In this document: positions 28,121 to 36,832 of the stretch, in pieces
Layout: the number at the start of each line of letters is the position of its first letter
How positions within the stretch are numbered: position 1 is the first letter of the stretch
Notes under the pieces: generated by a model
What the model was told of the DNA's origin: nothing
Database searches by the model: none
The model's input: only the letters and a program-made list of their open reading frames with translations
NCBI GenBank assembly: GCA_002419135.1
Contig: DIFM01000038.1
Span: forward strand, 1,922 to 65,921
Direction of reading: 5' to 3'
Length of the DNA: 64,000 nucleotides
DNA from: Dehalococcoidia bacterium UBA5748
GTDB taxonomy: Bacteria > Chloroflexota > Dehalococcoidia > Dehalococcoidales > UBA5627
Translations under genes and position numbers: made by a program

Positions 28121-28402
28121 TTGCTCCCCCTCGATATGTATGTTTGTGTCTGATTATACCTTGACAAAGATGATAAGACAATCTCTTCCGAGTGAAAGAA
28201 AACCTGTTCCTTCACTTCGGAAAAGAAGAGTAAGAGGGGATTTAATTTTATTATCACAGGGGGACCGAAGATAAGCAATATTTAGCATTCGGTCGGTTAA
28301 TAGGGATTGTCGTGTCGTCCCTTTCTGATTTATATGAGATTCATTCGCCTTCGGCTCAGAATGACGTTGTAGAGGGACTCCAGTATAGCAAATGCAAGTC
28401 GT

Positions 28403-28439
28403 TGTCATTCTGGAGGACACCGCAGGTGGACGAAGAATC
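28403..28439. repeat. repeat family C copy
   Basis: tgtcattctggaggacaccgcaggtggacgaagaatc. Lies in a composite repeat block at about 28180-28510 that also holds an inverted partial copy (cagaatgac at 28367-28375) and a family-B-like hairpin (cgcgaccagtcgggt). Confidence 0.9.
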
Positions 28440-28522
28440 TGGCGGGTAGGGTATTTATTACTGTTTTCTCACCCAATTACCGATGCTCGTCCCGCGACCA
28501 GTCGGGTTTCATAATAGGCTTA

Positions 28523-28942
28523 TTATTCTCTGATTGTCTTTAAAGTGGTCAAATGTATGGTAACCCCGATTGCAATCACGATAAGCAGTATCCTGATTGC
28601 CAGAAGGTCAACAACGAAGATTACCGAAGCCATTATGGTAATCCATAACAGACTGATAACGTATATCTTTAACTTAAGAGTGATTCCCTTTTTCTCGCGG
28701 TAGTCTCTGATGTACTTCCCGCAATAGCGGTTGTTAATAAGCCAGCAATAGAAACGCTCTGAACTGCGGATATAACAGGCGGCTGCCAGAAGCAGAAAGG
28801 GGGTGGTGGGGAGGACGGGAAGGAATATCCCCAGGAAACCGAGAGCTACCGATAATGTACCAATGGCTATTAAAAGATATTTTAGCCAGCCTTTTATCTC
28901 GCGGCATTCCTTTTTAGGGGGGATTTCAGTATTATTCTCCAT
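28523..28942 (-). CDS. DUF454 (YbaN-like) inner membrane protein
   Basis: …LGFLGIFLPVLPTTPFLLLAAACYIRSSERFYCWL… is the diagnostic YbaN pattern. Confidence 0.8.
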   Translation of the reverse strand: MENNTEIPPKKECREIKGWLKYLLIAIGTLSVALGFLGIFLPVLPTTPFLLLAAACYIRSSERFYCWLINNRYCGKYIRDYREKKGITLKLKIYVISLLWITIMASVIFVVDLLAIRILLIVIAIGVTIHLTTLKTIRE

Positions 28943-28954
28943 TTTTCATTCCAG

Positions 28955-29809
28955 TCAGGATTCTACCTCAAGGCTGAAATCGAGCGCATTAACCGAGTGT
29001 GTCAGTGCTCCTATCGAAATATAATCTACTCCTGTTAACGCTACTTCCCTGATGTTTTGCAGGTTGATTCCGCCTGAGGCTTCCAATTTGACTTTGCCGC
29101 CACACATGGATACCACGGTTTTCATATCTTCTATACTCATATTATCCAGCATAATGATGTCGACATCCGTTTTCAGTACCTCTATCGCTTCATCGACAGT
29201 ATTGATTTCAATCTCTGTTACCGTATCGTCATTGCTGTTTTGCCTGGCTATATCTATTATTTCTGTCAGAGTAGCACCGTCTTTTCTTAAAGAAGCGATG
29301 TGATTATCTTTAATCAGAATGCCGTCTGCCAGATTCAAGCGATGGTTTTCCCCCCCGCCGACTGTTACGGCATATTTTTCCAAAAGCCTTAAACCGGGCA
29401 TTGTCTTACGGGTATCCCTGATGACTGCTTTTGTTCCTTTTATCTTATCCGCATAAATTGCTGTTTGTGTTGCTATGCCGCTCAAATGACTTAAAAAATT
29501 AAGCACGGTCCTCTCAGCGGCAAGTATACTCTTTAAGTTCCCTGTTATTTCGGCAACAAGGTCATTTGCTTTCACCCTGTTTCCTTCTTTTTGCAGCAGA
29601 TTAACTTTTAGAAAATAGTCAACGCTGTGAAAAATGGGCGATATAATACTTGAACAGGCAAGAATCCCGTCTTCTTTGGCTATGATAAAAGCCGTACCAT
29701 GCTGCTGCGGTGAAATAATGGCATTGCTGGTAATATCGTTTTCGTAGGCATCCTCTTCCAGCGCCAGCCTGATGATGCTCTCCAGTTGTTCCTGCGGCTC
29801 CTTATACAT
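28955..29809 (-). CDS. nadC: nicotinate-nucleotide diphosphorylase (carboxylating)
   Basis: …AERTVLNFLSHLSGIAT…RDTRKT.PGLR…KYAV..GGG.NHR…MLDN… is a typical NadC pattern. Confidence 0.9.
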   Translation of the reverse strand: MYKEPQEQLESIIRLALEEDAYENDITSNAIISPQQHGTAFIIAKEDGILACSSIISPIFHSVDYFLKVNLLQKEGNRVKANDLVAEITGNLKSILAAERTVLNFLSHLSGIATQTAIYADKIKGTKAVIRDTRKTMPGLRLLEKYAVTVGGGENHRLNLADGILIKDNHIASLRKDGATLTEIIDIARQNSNDDTVTEIEINTVDEAIEVLKTDVDIIMLDNMSIEDMKTVVSMCGGKVKLEASGGINLQNIREVALTGVDYISIGALTHSVNALDFSLEVES

Positions 29810-31376
29810 CGCCTTGCTCCCTTTTTTCTATAGTGGTGATAATATGTTTCAACCACTCGTCGGAACGCTTGGGAAAATCGGAGCGAAAGTGTGCGCCGCG
29901 GCTCTCTTCTCTTAACAGGGCGGCTTCTGCCATCAGTCTGCCGGTTATGATCATATTTGCCAGCTCATGGGATTGCCGGTCGGATGGTTTTGGTAATACA
30001 TGCTCCCAGGAACCCAAAATATTGACCGCTTCTTCCAGTCCTTTTTGATTTCTCACAATTCCGACATTATCCCAGAGCAGGTTTTGCAGTGTCTCAAGTG
30101 TCAGCGGAGGAGTATTATATAGCGGCTTTGCGGGCTTAAGTTTATGATGGATATTGCTGTTTGGCAGGTTATATTCGTATCTTCGTTTTTTCTCGCTACT
30201 ATCCTGTTCGATACGTTGAAAAATACGTTTACCGAAGATAAGCACTTCCAGCATCGAGTTGGAAGCCAGCCGGTTTGCTCCGTGTGCTCCTGTTCCGGCG
30301 CACTCACCGGCAGCAAAAAGGCCGCATACCGAAGTCTCGCCCCAGCTGTTGGTGCGTATGCCGCCTATCATATAATGAGCAGCCGGCGCCACCGGTATCA
30401 GACTGCTGGTTATATCCAGCCCGTGATCAGCACAGAATTGATAGATATGAGGGAATCGTGTTTTTACACGGTGCGGAGCCAGGTGGGTGACATCAAGAAA
30501 AACATTGTCCTGCTTTGTCTTTTTCATTTCGCTTAAAATGCTGCGGGCAACCACATCCCTGGGTGCCAGTTCTGCCAGCTCGGTATATTCGGGCATAAAG
30601 CGTTTGCCGTCTGCGTTGCGCAGTATGCCGCCTTCGCCGCGTACCGCTTCCGAAATCAGGAAAGAGGCGACTCCCGGCATATGCAGGGCAGTGGGATGAA
30701 ACTGGAAGAACTCCATATCGATTAGTTCGGCTCCAGCTTTTAATGCCAGTGCAATACCGTCTCCGGTAGCGACTTCGGGGTTGGTGGTGAATTTAAACAG
30801 CTGTCCGGCTCCTCCGGTTGCCAGAATAAGATAGCGGCATGCAAACTCTTTATCTATTCCGTTTTCGCAATCACAGGCTTTGACACCTTTCACCCTGTTA
30901 CCCTGTACGACAATCTCGGTAGCCAGGTGATTTTCCAATACTTGAAGGTCGATAGCCCGTGCTATTCTGCTGAGAGTTACCTCTATATGTTCACCGGTGG
31001 CGTCGCCTCCGGCATGCAGGATGCGCGGTATACTGTGGGCTGCCTCGAGTGTGAGCGCAATTTCACCGTCTACGGTATCGAAAGGCACACCGAAATTTAC
31101 CAGGTCGGCGATGCGGTCGGGTCCTTCATCGGCGAGGATGCGCACTATATCTTCATCGCACAGTCCGTCACCGGCAGCGATAGTATCATTGTAGTGCAGT
31201 TCGGGGGAATCGTTGATACCGATGGCGGCAGCAATACCGCCCTGGGCGTGGCGGGTATTGCAGTCTTCAATGCTGCCCTTGGTTATCATAAGGACACTGC
31301 CATGCTTGTGAGCAAGCAGGGCGCAATACAAACCCGCAATACCGCTGCCGATTATGACGTAATCATAGGTATTAAT
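29802..31376 (-). CDS. nadB: L-aspartate oxidase (apparent ATT start)
   Basis: FAD Rossmann motif YDYVIIGSGIAGLYCA is encoded upstream of the first canonical start (TTG 31331). The in-frame TAA at 31394-31392 leaves only TTT GGA GGT GGC TGT ATT before it. GGAGG lies 7 nt before ATT 31376. Downstream motifs RHAQGGIAA and GANRLASNS. Confidence 0.85.
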   Translation of the reverse strand: MNTYDYVIIGSGIAGLYCALLAHKHGSVLMITKGSIEDCNTRHAQGGIAAAIGINDSPELHYNDTIAAGDGLCDEDIVRILADEGPDRIADLVNFGVPFDTVDGEIALTLEAAHSIPRILHAGGDATGEHIEVTLSRIARAIDLQVLENHLATEIVVQGNRVKGVKACDCENGIDKEFACRYLILATGGAGQLFKFTTNPEVATGDGIALALKAGAELIDMEFFQFHPTALHMPGVASFLISEAVRGEGGILRNADGKRFMPEYTELAELAPRDVVARSILSEMKKTKQDNVFLDVTHLAPHRVKTRFPHIYQFCADHGLDITSSLIPVAPAAHYMIGGIRTNSWGETSVCGLFAAGECAGTGAHGANRLASNSMLEVLIFGKRIFQRIEQDSSEKKRRYEYNLPNSNIHHKLKPAKPLYNTPPLTLETLQNLLWDNVGIVRNQKGLEEAVNILGSWEHVLPKPSDRQSHELANMIITGRLMAEAALLREESRGAHFRSDFPKRSDEWLKHIITTIEKREQGDV

Positions 31377-31433
31377 ACAGCCACCTCCAAATTAAATAAT
31401 TAAAGACGGTGGATGGAGAATGGCATGGAAATG

Positions 31434-31799
31434 CTATTTCGCTTCATCGGTTTGTTTGCCGGCGATGGAACTTTTTGCCATTCTGATAAGCTCACCGGAT
31501 TCGACCTTGATGATATAGCTGTCTTCTCTGATGCTGTCGATTCTGCCGTAAATACCGCCGATGGTGATAATCCTGTCTCCGACCTGCAGGTTGCTTATCA
31601 GATTCTGATGTTCTTTTTGTCTCTTGCTTTGCGGTCTGATAATCAGGAAATAGAAGATTGCGAATAGCACTACCATGAAGAGTATCATGTAGAGAGTGCT
31701 GCCGCTGGATTCGCCCCCTGCCGGAACGCAACTTGAAAGCATCCCTACGCCGGAAATTGCAGCCAATCCCACTAATGAAGCTATGATTTTCTTTGCCAT
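31434..31799 (-). CDS. yajC: preprotein translocase subunit YajC
   Basis: …FYFLIIRPQSKRQKEHQNLISNLQVGDRIITIGGIYGRI… is canonical YajC. Confidence 0.85.
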   Translation of the reverse strand: MAKKIIASLVGLAAISGVGMLSSCVPAGGESSGSTLYMILFMVVLFAIFYFLIIRPQSKRQKEHQNLISNLQVGDRIITIGGIYGRIDSIREDSYIIKVESGELIRMAKSSIAGKQTDEAK

Positions 31800-31809
31800 T
31801 TTTAACTCC

Positions 31810-33075
31810 TTAATTTAGCATGTGTTTTATTCTGATAATACAACCCTGTAATGACCAGGGGCTTGTCTTTTCTATTTTTACTTTTACCACCTGTCCGAGC
31901 AGGTTATCATTATCATTGAAGAATACCAGTTTACCACTTCGGCTTCTTCCGTGCCACTTTCCCTTCTTTTTGCCTTCTACCAGCACTTCGACGGTTTTAC
32001 CCAGCAGGGCAGCGTTGATCTCTGAAGCTATTTCACCCTGTAGTTTCTCGACGATGGCGACGCGTTCTTTCTTTACTTCCGGCGGCACGTTATCGTCGTA
32101 TTCTCTTGATGCTATGGTTCCGGTTCTTGCCGAATAGGCTGCAATATGTGTATTATCGAATCTTAAATCCTTTAATAATTCCACAGATTCCCGGAACTGC
32201 TCGTCTGTTTCCCCGGGGAAGCCGACGATAATATCCGTGCTGATGGCGATATCGGGCACTTTAGCGCGAATGCGTTTTACCAAATCCCGGTACTGTTCGG
32301 AGCTATATCCGCGCCGCATCGCTTTTAATATATCGTCGTCTCCGGCTTGAGCAGGAAGATTTATTTCCTCGCATACCTTATCCAGATTGGCGATGGCATC
32401 AATCAGCCGTTCGTTCATATCCTTGGGGTGGTTTGTCAGAAAGCGCAGCCTTTTCAGCCCGTCGATTTTATTCATTTCTTCGAGGAGTGCCGCCAGGTCG
32501 GGTTTGTCCGGCAGGTCATTTCCGTATGAATCGACATTCTGCCCGACAAGTATGATTTCTTTTGCCCCCCGTTGCACCAGAGTCTTTGCCTCGCAGACTA
32601 TTTCATCTACCGGGCGGCTCTTTTCCCTACCTCTGCGGTAGGGGACGATGCAGTACGAGCAGAAGTTATTACAACCCTGTATGATATTAATAAATGTACT
32701 GACAGAAGGTTTTAGGGGTATGATGTTAGCCATCAGGCATTCATCTATCCATGGGGGCATTTCTCCGGCTTTAAAGAAGTAGTCTACAATCGGGAATCTC
32801 TTTTGAAGCATATCGATATGCGAATCTACCAAACAGCCGGTAAGCGCAATCTTTAAGTCGGGATTGTTTTTCTTTAACGATTTCAGCGCGCCGATTTTAC
32901 TGACCACCTTGTTTTCGGCACTCTGGCGGATGACGCAGCTGTTTAAAAGGATGAGGTCGGCATCGTCTACGGTCGTGGTCGGCTGGTAGCCGATCTGTTC
33001 GAACAGACTGCCTAACCTCTCGGATTCTGCCTTGTTCATCTGGCAGCCTATAGTCCAAATATGATAAAGGGGCAT
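31810..33075 (-). CDS. miaB: radical-SAM methylthiotransferase, MiaB family
   Basis: N-terminal UPF0004 Cys pattern (…IGCQMNKAESE…), radical-SAM CNNFCSYC, C-terminal TRAM-like domain. Confidence 0.85.
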   Translation of the reverse strand: MPLYHIWTIGCQMNKAESERLGSLFEQIGYQPTTTVDDADLILLNSCVIRQSAENKVVSKIGALKSLKKNNPDLKIALTGCLVDSHIDMLQKRFPIVDYFFKAGEMPPWIDECLMANIIPLKPSVSTFINIIQGCNNFCSYCIVPYRRGREKSRPVDEIVCEAKTLVQRGAKEIILVGQNVDSYGNDLPDKPDLAALLEEMNKIDGLKRLRFLTNHPKDMNERLIDAIANLDKVCEEINLPAQAGDDDILKAMRRGYSSEQYRDLVKRIRAKVPDIAISTDIIVGFPGETDEQFRESVELLKDLRFDNTHIAAYSARTGTIASREYDDNVPPEVKKERVAIVEKLQGEIASEINAALLGKTVEVLVEGKKKGKWHGRSRSGKLVFFNDNDNLLGQVVKVKIEKTSPWSLQGCIIRIKHMLN

Positions 33076-33092
33076 GATTTATTTTTACTCTT

Positions 33093-34013
33093 TCAGGGTA
33101 TTAAGAAATTCAAAACTTCATTTTCTAACATAAATAAATTGAAAAGATAGTCATTGTGATCAAATGTTTCTCTTAATGGTCTAGTTGTTGTTTTCCATCC
33201 AAAACCATCTGTGATCCAAATAAACTTAAATTGCCCTTTTAAAACATCGAAAAGATTCCTATATTCACCGGCAGTGGATTTAAGCTTAGAGCCTCCACCA
33301 CTGTAAAAATTGGTTTCAAAAATATATAGTTCTTTCCCGTTGTCTAAAACGAAATCATATTTTCTTGAAGATTTATCTACTGGAACAGTATAGTTGAATT
33401 CTCTTTTTATTTTATTGGCATCAGCTTGTTTTATATATCTGAACTTTTGTTTTTTACATAGATCCTGAATGAAAAATTCCACAATATTTTCCATACTATG
33501 CCCACTTCTATTTTTTCTTCCATTGCTATCGATTCCAGCTTCAACCCCTATTATATAATCAACCAAGTTCTTTATCTTGTTAGATGTAATTAGATTTTTC
33601 AACCCAGTCTCTTTGACAAATGTTAAATACCTATCAATGTCAGCTTCATTTAGATTGACTTTGCTAAAATCATAATCATCATAAACAAACCTTTTTTGCT
33701 TATAATCAACAAGAATTTTAAACTTTAAGTTATTACCACCATCACGTACAATGAGAGATGGGATAGCTTTTACTATTTCTGGATGTTGTTTTAGTAAAGA
33801 CTTAAACTCATTATCAAAATCTTTTTTACCAATTAAATAATTTAAAGTATTTAAAGAAATTTCTATGGCTTTTTCATTTTTAAATACTTTTTCCCAGTTT
33901 ACGAAGTAAGACCAAAGCAAAATACTAGGTTTTAAATTGTTTAATAAACAGTTAAAAACATCATCGCTACTTTTACATTTTAGGGTTTCATTGTAAAAAT
34001 TTAAATTCTTCAT
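33093..34013 (-). CDS. type II restriction endonuclease, DpnII/MboI family (predicted GATC)
   Basis: …NLVDYIIGVEAGIDSNGRKNRSGHSMENIV… and …ETNFYSGGGSKLKSTAGEY…WITDGFGW…LRETF… match family motifs as I recall them from R.DpnII. AT-rich (line 33121-33180 has 14/60 G+C). Confidence 0.8.
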   Translation of the reverse strand: MKNLNFYNETLKCKSSDDVFNCLLNNLKPSILLWSYFVNWEKVFKNEKAIEISLNTLNYLIGKKDFDNEFKSLLKQHPEIVKAIPSLIVRDGGNNLKFKILVDYKQKRFVYDDYDFSKVNLNEADIDRYLTFVKETGLKNLITSNKIKNLVDYIIGVEAGIDSNGRKNRSGHSMENIVEFFIQDLCKKQKFRYIKQADANKIKREFNYTVPVDKSSRKYDFVLDNGKELYIFETNFYSGGGSKLKSTAGEYRNLFDVLKGQFKFIWITDGFGWKTTTRPLRETFDHNDYLFNLFMLENEVLNFLIP

Positions 34014-34014
34014 T

Positions 34015-34443
34015 CTAATAGCCTTCTATTAAATTGAGTTCAATTGAATTTGGTTTTCTTCCTTTTTGTAAAGAATTTCTGCCTGTCTCTGTCATTAAAA
34101 TAATTGCGTCATATCCTTGAGTTTTTGCTGCAAGAAACATTTGCCTGTCAAGTTCAATCCTTTTATTGTACCAATCTTTATCATCTTCTGATTTTATCAC
34201 TTCATTAAGATATTTACGCCCATTGGAACCAAATAATTTTTTTAAAATTTCGAGTTCAGAAAACCCATATACTGGGTTATTTATACATACTTGCTCTGGT
34301 TCGATATTTGGCCTTCCATAAAATTCAGCTTGTAGATATGTTGAAGCAAGGAATTTTCCTCGTTTTTCGTATGCATGGGGATCTCTTGGTGGAACATGCC
34401 ACCAGTTAGATTTATTAACCTTTTTGATTAACAAATCTCTCAT
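34015..34443 (-). CDS. hypothetical protein embedded in the R-M operon (no recognisable domain)
   Basis: 142-aa ORF with the same AT-rich composition. Its ATG overlaps the methylase stop (ATGA). Its stop lies 1 nt before the endonuclease ATG. No HTH, so not a classical C-protein. Confidence 0.6.
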   Translation of the reverse strand: MRDLLIKKVNKSNWWHVPPRDPHAYEKRGKFLASTYLQAEFYGRPNIEPEQVCINNPVYGFSELEILKKLFGSNGRKYLNEVIKSEDDKDWYNKRIELDRQMFLAAKTQGYDAIILMTETGRNSLQKGRKPNSIELNLIEGY

Positions 34444-35252
34444 AACAAGTCCCGCCTATTTTCTTTAATTATTTTCAAATCTTCAACGCGTTTTATTGAT
34501 AAATCAAGGTATTCTTTTGAAGTATCTATCCCGACAAAATTACGATCGTAATAATAAGCGGCTAAACCCGTAGAAGAGCTACCTGTAAATGGGTCTAAAA
34601 TAGTATCCCCATCCTTGGTGCTTGCTAAAATAATTCGCTTTAATAAAGCAGTTGGTTTTTGGGTAGGGTGTTTTCCGTATTTTTTCTCCTCTTTTTTAGG
34701 AGTACCAATTGCCCAAACCGACCTCATTTGTAGTCCTGGTTTTTTTATAAAATCATCTTTCCATATTCCATTTTTCATTAGATCATAATTAAAAGTATGT
34801 TTAGATTTTTTATCTTTAATAGCCCATATGAGAGTTTCATGGCTGGCAGTAAAGTATCTACAACTAAGGTTGGGAGAGGCATTAGGTTTAAACCATGATA
34901 TATCATTTAAAATATGAAAATTGTTAATTTGTAGAGCGAATCCGCATTGGTAAATGGAATGATATGTTCCGCTAATCCAAATAGTCCCGTTTGGTTTTAA
35001 TACTCTTCGACAGGCTTTAATCCACTCTATGTGGAACTCGAAGTTTTTCTTTAATCCATTACTTAAATCCCATTCACCTTTCTTTACGCTGACTCTTTTA
35101 CCGTTTTGACAAGTGAAAGTTCCACTGGATAAGAAATAAGGAGGATCGGCGAAGATCATATCGATAGATTCTTCTGGCATTTCAGCAAGTACTTCTAAAC
35201 AGTCATCCAGATAGAGTTTGAAGCGTGGTACTTCATAATAAGGGGTTTTCAT
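34440..35252 (-). CDS. beta-class N6-adenine DNA methyltransferase, DpnA (M.DpnIIB)/HinfI-like
   Basis: Motif IV DMIFADPPYFLSSG near the N-terminus, …NLSCRYFTASHETLIWA…, HPTQKP, and motif I ILDPFTGSSSTG near the C-terminus. Confidence 0.9.
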   Translation of the reverse strand: MKTPYYEVPRFKLYLDDCLEVLAEMPEESIDMIFADPPYFLSSGTFTCQNGKRVSVKKGEWDLSNGLKKNFEFHIEWIKACRRVLKPNGTIWISGTYHSIYQCGFALQINNFHILNDISWFKPNASPNLSCRYFTASHETLIWAIKDKKSKHTFNYDLMKNGIWKDDFIKKPGLQMRSVWAIGTPKKEEKKYGKHPTQKPTALLKRIILASTKDGDTILDPFTGSSSTGLAAYYYDRNFVGIDTSKEYLDLSIKRVEDLKIIKENRRDLL

Positions 35253-35271
35253 TCTATAACTATTCCCTGAC

Positions 35272-35363
35272 TGGCGGAGGGGGAGGGATTTGAACCCTCG
35301 ACACCAGTTTCCCGGTGTAAGCGCTTAGCAGGCGCCCGCACTAGACCACTATGCGACCCCTCC
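35272..35363 (-). tRNA. tRNA-Ser (anticodon GCT), CCA encoded
   Basis: Hand-folded. Acceptor GGAGGGG/CCCCTCC, anticodon stem GGCGC/GCGCT with loop CTGCTAA, long variable arm ACACC…GGTGT, T stem GAGGG/CCCTC with loop TTCAAAT. Confidence 0.9.
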
Positions 35364-35524
35364 GTAAGAAGCAGCATATTTTTAACATAGATAATATAGC
35401 ATAATCAGAGAGATTGCTCAAAAAAGGAGGAGGAAAAGCAATATAGTAGGGACGGGCATTGCCCGTCCGCCTAAAATCGACACATAAGGGCGGACGACCA
35501 TTGGTTGTCCATAAGGGCATTATT

Positions 35525-36802
35525 TTATGCCGCCGGATTCATCACCCGCCCGACAAACAGAATGGTGTTGGTTTCGATATCGCGAATCAGGTAAATAAAG
35601 GGGTGGTCGAGGTTAACTTCAGCCTGTTCCAGTATACCTTTCAGGTTGATGATGACCGCTGAAGCGGCGGCGGCTTCGGTTCCGGCTTCATCTACGGATA
35701 CGTAAGCCTTGTGAACGACATCCTCAATGAAAAGGTCATAGCTTCCATCGATTCCTGACAAGTCGGCAACCATAGAGAAGGCATCCTTCATTCCCATAGT
35801 TACCAGCGCATCCTTGACGCTAAACTGGGAACTGTACTCGAATTTAGGCATCGACAGGGTAACTGTGGCGGTGCGGATGTTTTCAACGATCCCGTCGAGT
35901 CTCTGTGCATCAAAGGTCGCCTTAAACTGCTCGAAATTTCCGTCTTCGGGGAGAATAATCAGCATTGAAAGCTCGTTGCCGTCGTATTTCAGTTCGACTG
36001 CCTGATAACCGTCGCCTTCGGTATAACCGAAGTCTTCGGTCTGGTGCATCATCGGAACGGTAACGGTAGTTCCGTCGGGAAGGTAGAAGATACCATCGCT
36101 TGTTTTATCCTCATCGAAAGGTTTGTCCCAGGCGGCGTTGAAATAGATGGCATTGGTCAGAACGAGGCGGGTCAACTCCGATATGATTCCTTCTTTAATC
36201 AGGTCTTCTATTTTGCCCTCGGTCTGTTCGCTTACCCACTCGTTGATAGTCCGGCGGCAGGCTTCGGGGTCGCTAACAAAATCCAATAGCCTCAATCCGG
36301 CATCATAGTTCACCGCCAGCGTATCGAGGTAGTCCGAAAGGAATTCATATTCTACCTGCCCCCAGATAGCGTTCACGACATTGAGTTTGAAACCCTCCTC
36401 ATCCTCGCTCTTGTTGCCTTCTCCACGCTTGGCAAGCTCGATAGCAAGTTTGTTGAAAGCGGCATGCAAATCCTCTTCCTCGAGTATGAAATTGAGGGTT
36501 TCAGCCATTTGCTCTCTGGTTGCTCCCTCCGCTCCGGCATAGGTCATTGCCAGCGCTACGGAGAGGCTGTAAGGGGAAAAGAACAGGTTGCCGTCATCAC
36601 CATCACTCAGCTGCCGATAAAGTTCCAAAGCAAACTCATTATTGCCATCTACCAGTGTTTCAAAATCTGAAAAACTGACTTCGGGTGATGTATCGTACTT
36701 CTTATCGGATTTAAGTTCCTGCCCGTATACCTGCGTTTGCGAGCAGGAAACCGTACTCAAGACAAGTATTGCAGCAAGCACACTAAAAATTATCTTTTTC
36801 AT
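35525..36802 (-). CDS. serpin (serine protease inhibitor), secreted/lipobox-like signal
   Basis: Signal MKKIIFSVLAAILVLSTVSC. Serpin core (…FFSPYSLSVALAMTYAGA…). Hinge/RCL VDEAGTEAAAASAVIINLKGILEQAEVNLDHPFIYLIRD. Confidence 0.9.
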   Translation of the reverse strand: MKKIIFSVLAAILVLSTVSCSQTQVYGQELKSDKKYDTSPEVSFSDFETLVDGNNEFALELYRQLSDGDDGNLFFSPYSLSVALAMTYAGAEGATREQMAETLNFILEEEDLHAAFNKLAIELAKRGEGNKSEDEEGFKLNVVNAIWGQVEYEFLSDYLDTLAVNYDAGLRLLDFVSDPEACRRTINEWVSEQTEGKIEDLIKEGIISELTRLVLTNAIYFNAAWDKPFDEDKTSDGIFYLPDGTTVTVPMMHQTEDFGYTEGDGYQAVELKYDGNELSMLIILPEDGNFEQFKATFDAQRLDGIVENIRTATVTLSMPKFEYSSQFSVKDALVTMGMKDAFSMVADLSGIDGSYDLFIEDVVHKAYVSVDEAGTEAAAASAVIINLKGILEQAEVNLDHPFIYLIRDIETNTILFVGRVMNPAA

Positions 36803-36832
36803 ATCTGCTTCTCACTTGCGGCTACTCGATAT

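Noticed and set aside
29802-31331. Track ORF start (TTG 31331) for L-aspartate oxidase
   Set aside because: It would remove the first beta-strand and part of the GxGxxG FAD motif (YDYVIIGSGIAG), which is encoded in frame just upstream.
34015-34443. Is the middle gene of the R-M operon a controller (C) protein or a Vsr-type repair nuclease?
   Set aside because: It has no helix-turn-helix pattern and is too long for a C-protein. The system methylates adenine, so Vsr is not expected, and no Vsr motifs are seen. It is kept as unknown.
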